From Amoebophrya sp. A120 (taxonomy: Eukaryota; Protista; Dinoflagellata), in contig CAJINV010000065.1 in the NCBI GenBank assembly GCA_905178155.1, forward strand, positions 1-6,738: DNA of 6,738 bases. The letters are read 5' to 3'. The first letter of the stretch is position 1; each line of letters starts with the position of its first letter. Below are positions 1 through 6,738 of the stretch, in pieces. The translations under genes and the position numbers were made by a program. The notes under the pieces were generated by a model, which saw only the letters and a program-made list of their open reading frames with translations, made no database searches and was not told where the DNA came from.

Positions 1-829
1 AAGCCGAAAGGCCGAGAAACCGGGAAAAGAGAAACCGGGAAAAGAGAAGCCGGGAAAAGAGAACCCGAGAAAAAAGAAACCGGGAAAAGAGAAGCCGGGA
101 AATCGAGAAAAGAGAAGCTGGGAAAAGAGAAGCCGAGAAATCGAGAAAAGGGAAGCTGGGAAAAGAGAAACCGAGAAAAGAGACGAAACCAAGAAAAGGC
201 ACGAAACGAACCGAGAAAAGAGACGAAGCCGAGAAAAGGGAAACCGAGACCAAAGAGAAACCGAGAAAAGGCGAGCCGAGAAAAGAGAAGCCGGAAAAAG
301 GGAAACCGGGAAAGAGAAACCGAGAAAAGAGAAACCGAGAAAAGCGAAGCCGAGAAAAGAGAAACCGAGAAAAGCGAAGCCGAGAAAAGAGAAACCGAGA
401 AAAAGAAACGGAGAAAAGAGAAACCGAAAAAAGACACGCTGGAAAAAGAGAAAGGGAAACCGGGAAAAGAGAAACCGAGAAAAGAGAAACCGAGAAAAGA
501 GAAACCGGGAAAGAGAGACGGAGAATGGAAAGAGAAACCGGGAAAAGAGAAGCCGACCGAGAAAAGAGAACCCGGAAGAAGACAAACCGAGAAAAGAGAA
601 ACCGGGAAAAGAGAGGCCGAGAAAAGAGAAACCGAGAAAAGGGAGACCGAGAAAAGAGAAACCGAGAAAAGAGAAACAGGGAAAGAGAGAAAAGAGAAAC
701 CGAGAAAAGAGAAGCCAAGAAAAGAGAAACCGGGAAAAGAGAAACCGGGAAAAGAGAAGCCGGGAAAAGAGAAGCCGAGAAAAGAAAAGCCGGCCGGAAA
801 AAGACAAACCGGAAAAAGAGCAACCGAGA
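1..829 (+). repeat. Degenerate ~15-bp tandem array, consensus GAGAAACCGRGAAAA
   Basis: Dozens of imperfect units such as gagaaaccgagaaaa and gagaagccgggaaaa. The + strand is purine-rich and almost T-free. The array runs off the left edge of the window. Confidence 0.95.
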
Positions 830-837
830 CTCCCGGA

Positions 838-908
838 TCTCGGTTTCCGATTCTCGGTTCTCGGTTTCCGATTCTCCGTTTCCGATTCTCGGTTTCCGAT
901 TCTCGGTT
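838..908 (-). repeat. Short 14-bp tandem array (TTCTCGGTTTCCGA) carrying the same AAACCGAGAA core in inverted orientation
   Basis: About 5 units. The reverse complement TCGGAAACCGAGAA shares its core with the 1-829 array. The inversion centre is AACCGAGA (822-829) / TCTCGGTT (838-845). Confidence 0.9.
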
Positions 909-1011
909 TTTTTACACCTGGCCATGGCTTAACTTGATATTTATAGTATGTTAGTGTTTTTGTCGCCACGGCATAATAGTTAATTGCAGCGAGTGCGAGT
1001 GAGCTTCATCT

Positions 1012-1050
1012 GATTTTTTTATTTCGTTTTTTTTTTCACTTATAACTCAG
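1012..1050 (+). promoter_or_regulatory. Candidate 3' splice acceptor (polypyrimidine tract + CAG)
   Basis: T-rich tract at about 1014-1041, then TATAAC and CAG at 1048-1050. It is in phase 0 with the open frame 1051-1683. Confidence 0.5.
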
Positions 1051-1683
1051 ATTGTAGCAGAGACTGTCCTGGCAGACGGAAGGTTGCACGCAGGACGACA
1101 GCTTGGATTAACAAGTAGCAGCGATTCCTCCCGTAAGCCATCATCTTCTTCTGTGCGGGCCGAGCCCACACAAATGGTGAGTCGCAGCTCGTCGCGGTCG
1201 CCCAAAAAAAAAGAGGGCATGTCCCCTCCACATGCTCAGATGATGGTGATGGAAGAGTGGCGCAACAAGCAAGAACAGCGTCCGGGTCCAGCAAACAAAA
1301 TGCGTCCTGCAGGGGAGGAGGTTTTTAACGCAGATAAAAGCAGAGAAGATGACGAGGACGAGCAGCTGGTGCGGCCGGAGGCAGCTGTAGACCTGACCAC
1401 AGGAGTAGGAGCGACGGAACGCAGGACCCCCAGCACCCAGCTTGAGGGTATGCGAAGTACGTCCTCCATCAAAATACAACTGCGCGGCGGTTCATCAGCT
1501 GACTACGACGAAGCATACCACTTCGTCAGGAGGGCAAGGAAGCCCAACCTGAATGGGGGACCATCCGCAAACGTCGAGCTAGCAGTAGATACTGTTGTTG
1601 GGCAAGAAAACTCGTATGGGAATATGGACAGCACTACGCTAGCCGGCGTATACGAGGGGCTGGTAAGAACTACCTACTTATAA
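1051..1683 (+). CDS. Probable terminal exon of an unknown, low-complexity/disordered protein
   Basis: The frame is open from 1051 (IVAETVLADGRLHAGRQLG...) to TAA at 1681-1683, about 210 codons. It is hydrophilic and S/E/R-rich, non-repetitive, preceded by an acceptor-like site and followed by AT-rich DNA. No domain recognised. Confidence 0.55.
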   Translation: MVAETVLADGRLHAGRQLGLTSSSDSSRKPSSSSVRAEPTQMVSRSSSRSPKKKEGMSPPHAQMMVMEEWRNKQEQRPGPANKMRPAGEEVFNADKSREDDEDEQLVRPEAAVDLTTGVGATERRTPSTQLEGMRSTSSIKIQLRGGSSADYDEAYHFVRRARKPNLNGGPSANVELAVDTVVGQENSYGNMDSTTLAGVYEGLVRTTYL

Positions 1684-1709
1684 CAAAGTGAAGAATTATG
1701 GATATCATA

Positions 1710-2434
1710 TGTAGTGAGGTCACCGAACGGTTCTAACCAGGGAGTTTTTTTGACACCCAGCCAGCAAAACGACCGGCAGTCTCTAAGCGGGCGGAAGCGT
1801 TTTTGGACATAAAAAATTTGCAATTATCAAGCGGCCGGGGCTTTGCCGTCAAACAAGCCCGGTCGAAAACTATCGACTCGCACTTGATAAAACGACGCAG
1901 GGGAGCCGGCAAAAGGGGCGCCCTTCTGAGGCGCCCACCCCCTTGGTTTCTGGCGATTTGGGGCGCCCAAAAAGGGGCGCGCAAAAAACGCGCCTAGAAT
2001 CAGAACAGCGAAACAGCATGGCGCGGCCGCGATTTCGGAGCATTTTGGGCGGCCGCGAAAGCGGCCGCCTTTTCGCCGGTTTCAGAGCCTGGGGAGCTTT
2101 GCAAAAAGCGCCGGCGCGAAAAATAAAAACGCGAAAAAGAAAAAGCGGCCCGCCCGCGCAAAGCCAATCCGCATGCTATGGGCCCGATTTTTCTTCGCTT
2201 TTTGGGCGCCCCCCGTGGCACCCGGATCGGCCCCATAGCATGGGGGCTTGCCTTCGGAAAGGGGTTTTGCAAATGTGCTGAAATTTGTGACGTTTCTCAA
2301 GTGACCGCCATACCGTGCGGCATAACGTTACTCAGGGCGGTATGGCGGGCCCAGAAAAAGCAAAGCCGCGGCCAAGGCAGCTGTCGGCAAAAAAACGCCC
2401 ACGACCTCACTACCCCCGCCCCGGCGGCTATATT
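1710..2434 (+). mobile_element. Non-autonomous element with asymmetric terminal inverted repeats (Helitron2/Helentron-like), copy A
   Basis: GTAGTGAGGTC (1711-1721) and GACCTCACTAC (2403-2413) form a perfect 11-bp IR. There is a 5' hairpin ACCG-AA-CGGT (1722-1731) and a 3' hairpin CCGCC-CC-GGCGG (2416-2427) followed by CTATATT. It is colinear with copy B and homology stops at both ends. Boundaries are uncertain by about 2 bp. Confidence 0.75.
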
Positions 2435-3405
2435 TGGTATGGTCTTTGATGGGCCTCGCCAGAAAAGTACCAACAAGAGGAAATATTGAGCCGGCGTCTA
2501 CTTTGGATCTATCAATCTGTTCGGACGTCATCAAAAAGATAAGTTTAGATTGGCTAGCAGCAGGCCAAACAACCTGCGGCCATACTTGCTCTTGCAAAAC
2601 GCAGCTGCAACGGAGTGACATCGGCTACGGTGTGGATGTCCGTGAGTATGGTGCCCCACACAACATAGAACGCACGCGGCGCATGAGAAGCGCCCTGCCG
2701 TTTATGGGCATGAGCACGCCCGCCCAGAAGCGCGCTGCGTGCGAGAGGCGTCCAGGAGCGGGGCCCGGGAGAGCTGGCGTGCCCACGAAGCCACGAAGGG
2801 GGGGGACCGTTGTGGTGAGGCGCTCTCTCTGTCTTGCTCTTGGTCCCTCTCGTTCCTCATTTTGCAGAACAACTAGCAGGCGGCAGGCCCCGCGTTCGGT
2901 GGCTGGGGGCGCGGTCTTTTCAAAAACGAAGGGGCCCGGGAAAGGCCAAGGACGAGGCGCCACGAAAGACGTCGTGCGCCGCGCAAGAGTTGTCCTGAGC
3001 CCTGTGGGGGTCCCTGCGGCGCGCGGGCTTTTCCACTACCGTCCGCACGGCTTTCTGCCTGCCACGGCGCCCTTCGTCACCACATTTATATGCAGCAGCG
3101 CGCGCAGCGGCAGCTCTGCTCTTGCCATTCGCTGTTGTCGAAATTTTTCGGCCTGGCTGTGGCTTGCAGGTCAGGGCTCTTTTGGGATGGCTTCGTTGCT
3201 ATGTTTCTGCAGGGGACCAGCAAAAGAAAGCACATGCAACACCTTCGTGCGTTCTCGGAGAAGTTCAAAGAATGGCCGCCTTCGTAGATTGTGGGTGCTC
3301 GCAGAAGGCATGTCGAGCGCAGTGGCCAGAGGCGTGTTGCTACAACCATAGCGCGCCCGTCCGGTCGCTTCCAGTACGTAAGTAGCCCAACTTTCATCCG
3401 TAGGA

Positions 3406-4437
3406 TGTAGTGAGGTCACCGAACGGCCCTAGCCAGGGAGTTTTCTTGACAATACGACAGACACAGAAAGCCTGCCGATAGTTTGCAACTCTGTTCTTCA
3501 TCTTTCTACTTGAAAAAGAAAAAGAGCGAAGCGCGCCAGCCTGTTAGGCTATGTCGGCAACGAATCTTGGCCAGGCCCGATCGCTCGCCGATTGATAAAA
3601 CGATGATGGCGAGCCAGCAAAAGCGGCGCCCTTCTGAGGCCCCGCCCGCGCGTTGTTCTTGTAGGCGAAAACAAAACGAATCGGCAGAGCACACGACTTC
3701 CCGGCAAAGTAGAGATGTTGATCTTGTCCAGTTTGGCTCAGTTCGTATCTAGCTAATTGGGCTAATAATACATCCTGTTTTGGAGATTCGGAGAAGCTCT
3801 CCATCGGTGAGTTTTTGAGTTTACCTAAAACCTTACTGCTTCTGGTTCGCTCTAGAATTCTCATCATTTCTCTCCTACCGACGTGAGTAGCGTTGTTCGC
3901 TACTGCCGATCCGTGGTTGTGCGTACAGTTCTTGCGATTTGTTGGGGCGCCCCCCAAAAAAAACGCGCCCAAAACCAGACCAGCCAAACCGAATGGCGCG
4001 GCCGCGATTTTGGAGCATTTTGGGCGATCGCGGAAGCGGCCGCCTTTTATTTTGCCGGCGGCGGCTCCTCGGAGGCGCCTGAACAAGTGCAGCGGCCGCG
4101 AAAAACGAAAATGTATGGAACGCAAAAAAGAAAAAGCGCGCCAGGCCCGCGAAGCCAGTCCGCACGCTAAGGGCCCGACTTTTCTTCGCTTTTTGAGCGG
4201 CCCGCGCGGCTCCCGGACGGCCCCGCAGCAACAGGGTTGGCCCCCGGAGAGAGAGTGCGCAGACTTGCAAGAAATCTGCGATGTGTTTGAAGTGGCCGCC
4301 ACTACGTGCGACGGGGCGTAATGCTATTTACGATCGCACGGCGAGCCCGCAAAAAGCATGCGCGCGGCTGGCCCGCGGCCAGGGCAAAGGCAAGAAAGGG
4401 CCACCGACCTCACTACCCCCTCCGCGGCGGCTATACT
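3406..4437 (+). mobile_element. Same family, copy B (diverged, with nested insertion)
   Basis: GTAGTGAGGTC (3407-3417) and GACCTCACTAC (4406-4416), then CCCCTCCGCGGCGGCTATACT. It shares internal blocks with copy A: TTGATAAAACGA, GGCGCCCTTCTGAGGC, ATGGCGCGGCCGCGATTT, GGAGCATTTTGGGCG and TTTTCTTCGCTTTTTG. Confidence 0.75.
3660..3927. mobile_element. Solo-LTR-like insertion (268 bp, TGTA...TACA, 5-bp TSD GTTCT)
   Basis: Absent from copy A and flanked by GTTCT at 3655-3659 and 3928-3932. The ends TGTAGGC...GCGTACA form a 6/7 IR. It is more AT-rich than the host element. Confidence 0.75.
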
Positions 4438-4667
4438 TGACACGCCGCTCGTCTAGATGCAACGAAGAGGCACCTCCACAACAGGCAACTCCGTCGCAGT
4501 GCATGCTTTCCGACGGAAATCCGCTCTCGGAGTTGCAGAAGCTACGCGTTCCAAGTTCCAACGTGAACCAGTACGACAAGGATCTGGGCATCGAGGACTG
4601 CTACAATGCCTGCTTCGAGAATGACGAGTGCTATCATATGGAAAATTATAACCGGCAGGGCAAATAA
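4437..4667 (+). pseudogene. Cys-rich coding fragment, possibly PAN/Apple-like (exon or gene relic)
   Basis: The frame reads LTRRSSRC...NVNQYDKDLGIEDCYNACFENDECYHMENYNRQGK*. The EDCxxxC-x5-C-aromatic spacing recalls PAN/Apple cores. This was recognised by eye only. Confidence 0.35.
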
Positions 4668-5405
4668 TCTGTAATGGTAATGCCAAAGTATAAGAATGAA
4701 ACCAACAGAAAAATTATCTTTCGTGCGCGCGCCCATATGCTATTCAAAACGTGTAAGAGAGATTTGTTCATTTTTTTATTACAGATATATAAGATATGAC
4801 CTACTCCGGCTTTTTATTTTTTCTGTGGGATAATTGCCTGGCAATGTCGATTACGCTTCCAGACGGCAAGGGTGCCACCGCAGTTGACTGCACTCTGGCT
4901 CTCATATCTATGGCTTTGTCAAAACGTTACAGGCCCAGCTGCGTCGATCTGTTTTTCTGCTTGTTTGCGAGTCACAAACAAGAATGCCGTGACCGCAACG
5001 CGCTATGCCTATTTTACGACTCTTGCCTTACTTAGACTTACGTATGGGTATGTTTCACATGGGAATGGAACGGATTTCATATCCATTTATGTTACTGCGC
5101 AGCGGCGTTTATGGTCATGTAATGTTTCTGCGGATGAAGGTGATACCATAGAGAAGTGGAAGTCGCGCTTCTTAGTACTTTTATTTTTTGCATGGTGCTT
5201 CTATTTCGATAACAAAAAGAAAAACGAATGCATTATGCACACTGCAACAGCTGCGAATGCCATAATTGCGCCTCCCCTTACCGTCGAGGTGTCCGGCACC
5301 GGAGAAAACCCAGGGTTGGCAGAGTATCAAACCGAAAAGCGCCACTCCCGCACCAGAATAGCGCAATGTTTGCATTGCGGTACTAGCCTCCACCACCCGC
5401 GCGAA

Positions 5406-6065
5406 TACCAAGAGGAATTTTGTCTGCGGCTGAAAAATTCAAAAATTTGCTTTTGCGACGGCGCGCGGCCACCTTCATTTCTGCTACATCACCTGCAGGG
5501 CCACCCCTGCTTTTAGTGGATGACCAATTAGGGGAGGCATTGAAACATCAGCGCCAAATCGCAATACGGGGCGCAATACCCCCGGGAAGCGTGCCACCTT
5601 TTGGCGCTGGTGGACATGCAAACAAGGCCAACCAGAAAGGAGCTGCGTAAATTCGTCTGCGGCTAGGGGAGGGGGGGCCCAAGGAGAGCACCCCTGCCGG
5701 AGGTGCAGACAAATTTGCGCAAGGCCATTACCAAGTGCGTTTGGGCCTTTGCGTAAATTTGTCTGCGCCCTCACCCTCAGGCCCCTCCGGGGGTCCCCTC
5801 TCGCGCCGGCCGGTTCCCCCGGACTGCCCCAACTGGGACAGCCGAAGAATGGGGAGCCGGGCCTACAAGGGCAGGAAAGTAGAGACGCGAGATGCGGACG
5901 ATGGCCAGCTACCATGGGCGAAATTCTTTCCGGTGGAGGCGTCCCTGCTCAGCCCCCCTGCGACCTTCGAGACCGCCGGGACTGGGACGGCCCAGACTCC
6001 TTTGGTGCCATACTCAAAATCAAAATTTTTGAATTTTTTAGCCGCAGACAAAATTCACGTTGGTA
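5406..6065. mobile_element. MITE / non-autonomous TIR transposon, 660 bp, ~50-bp TIRs, 5-bp TSD GCGAA
   Basis: Left TIR (5406-5455) is TACCAAGAGGAATTTTGTCTGCGGCTGAAAAATTCAAAAATTTGCTTTTG. The reverse complement of 6015-6065 is TACCAACGTGAATTTTGTCTGCGGCTAAAAAATTCAAAAATTTTGATTTTG. GCGAA lies at 5401-5405 and 6066-6070. Confidence 0.88.
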
Positions 6066-6117
6066 GCGAATCTTATTGAGCTACGAACCAAAGAAATTAA
6101 AACAAGTCGAAATATGA

Positions 6118-6738
6118 CAGGGAAGCCCGCCCGCAGCTCGCAACTGCTGCCTCTCTTGTGCTTAAGCAAGCGCAGCGGCCCGCGCGAAGAGTTGAGCCCA
6201 CTGCTTGGCGGACTTTCAGCGGCCCGCGACAAATCGGCCGGCCTGGCTATGGCCTCGCACGCGCGGGCCAACTGGCTAGCCGTCGCATGAGCCACGCCGG
6301 GCTAGCTTGGCCTCGCGCCCGCCCGGCTGGCTCGGGCCGGCACGGGCCTGGATGGCCGGGCTGCCTTTCGCCGCACGGCTTCGGCTTTGCTTGGCACCTG
6401 GCCGCGCGGGCCCGGCTTGTTTGGCGCTTCTCCGCTTCGTTCCTTTGGCGTCGCCTTGGCCGCACGAACGGCCCCGGCTGGCTACCTTTGGCGCCTGGCC
6501 GCCTTGACGCTTGGCCGCACGAACGCCCCGGGTGGCCCCGGCGTTTGGCGGCACGACCAGCCTCGGCCTTCCCCATGCTCCCCACCCGTTTTCCCCGTGC
6601 TTTTCGCTTTCCCCGTGCTTCCCGCTTTCCCCGTGCTCCCCGCTTTCCCCGTGCTTCCCGCTTTCGCCGTGCTTCCCGTTTTCCCCGTGCTTCCCGTTTT
6701 CCCCGTGCTTCCCGTTTTCCCCGTGCTTCCCGCTTTCC
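6118..6738. mobile_element. Putative left end of a second hAT-like element (partial)
   Basis: An abrupt AT-to-GC switch occurs at CAGGGAAGCCC (6118). It is followed by GC-rich short repeats and a tandem array containing GGGAAGC in inverted orientation. The other end is not in the window. Confidence 0.4.
6569..6738 (+). repeat. 18-bp tandem minisatellite, consensus TTCCCCGTGCTTCCCGYT
   Basis: Eight near-perfect units at 6591-6734, a degenerate first unit from 6569 and a truncated last unit at the window edge. Confidence 0.95.

Larger units (their letters stand above)
1..920. mobile_element. Putative right end of a hAT-like DNA transposon with subterminal repeats (partial)
   Basis: On the - strand the end reads CAGGTGTAAAAAAACCGAGAATCGG. 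This is a CAGG terminus followed by AAACCG-type repeats in both orientations, similar to Ac-type hAT ends (CAGGGATGAAA plus AAACGG repeats). Composition turns AT-rich shortly after 920. The other end and the TSD are outside the window. Confidence 0.5.

Noticed and set aside
1-908. CRISPR array or telomere
   Set aside because: Units are contiguous and degenerate with no unique spacers, and there is no canonical short telomeric repeat. The same applies to the 18-bp array at the right edge.
525-932. 135-aa K/R/E-rich ORF
   Set aside because: It is a translation of the T-poor tandem array, which cannot form stop codons.
2811-3083. TGTGGTGA...TCACCACA 8-bp inverted pair as another TG...CA insertion
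   Set aside because: There is no flanking duplication (ACCGT vs TTTAT), so it is probably chance.
2434-3351. 305-aa ORF between the two element copies
   Set aside because: It has a TTG start at the element junction, an R/G/A/S-rich composition typical of GC-rich non-coding frames, and no transposase or other recognisable motif. It cannot be fully excluded without a search.
1710-4437. Copies A and B as the LTRs of one retroelement, or as group II introns
   Set aside because: The copies are too diverged, lack a CA 3' end and an outer TSD, and have no gag-pol between them. There is no GTGYG start or recognisable domain V.
2000-4591. Paralogous-looking ORFs sharing KKRRKxGPxACGLA (NLS-like) and KYSRRGGGSEV
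   Set aside because: The shared peptides come from the repeated element. Frames and lengths are not conserved between copies, and ORF 3544..4302 runs through the nested insert.
4960-4982. Hairpin CTTGTTTG/CAAACAAG as a terminator
   Set aside because: It is an isolated AT-rich 8-bp stem with no U-tract, and the context looks eukaryotic.
4872-5516. 214-aa ORF
   Set aside because: It has a GTG start and no recognisable motif, crosses AT-rich intergenic-like DNA and ends inside the MITE.
5420-6585. Multiple short overlapping ORFs in the MITE and the GC-rich end
   Set aside because: They are G/P/R/A-rich frames expected from high GC, and none resembles a transposase.

Overview
This window looks eukaryotic (protist-like, by inference) and is mostly a mosaic of non-autonomous mobile elements around fragments of host genes. 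No transposase, RNA gene, CRISPR array or recognisable conserved gene is present. From left to right: (1) 1-920 is a purine-rich ~15-bp repeat array that flips orientation and ends in CCTG, resembling a hAT-like transposon end. (2) 1051-1683 is a probable terminal exon. (3) 1710-2434 and 3406-4437 are two diverged copies of a highly structured ~725-760 bp element. It has asymmetric 11-bp inverted repeats, terminal hairpins, no clear TSD, and internal stems conserved in structure but not in sequence (Helitron2/Helentron-like). (4) Copy B carries a 268-bp TG...CA insertion with a 5-bp TSD, resembling a solo LTR. (5) A Cys-rich PAN/Apple-like coding fragment follows copy B. (6) 5406-6065 is a 660-bp MITE with 50-bp TAC...GTA TIRs, a 5-bp TSD and an exactly centred internal palindrome. 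(7) From 6118 a GC-rich segment starts with CAGGG and runs into an 18-bp tandem array. Most listed ORFs are probably by-products of the repeats.
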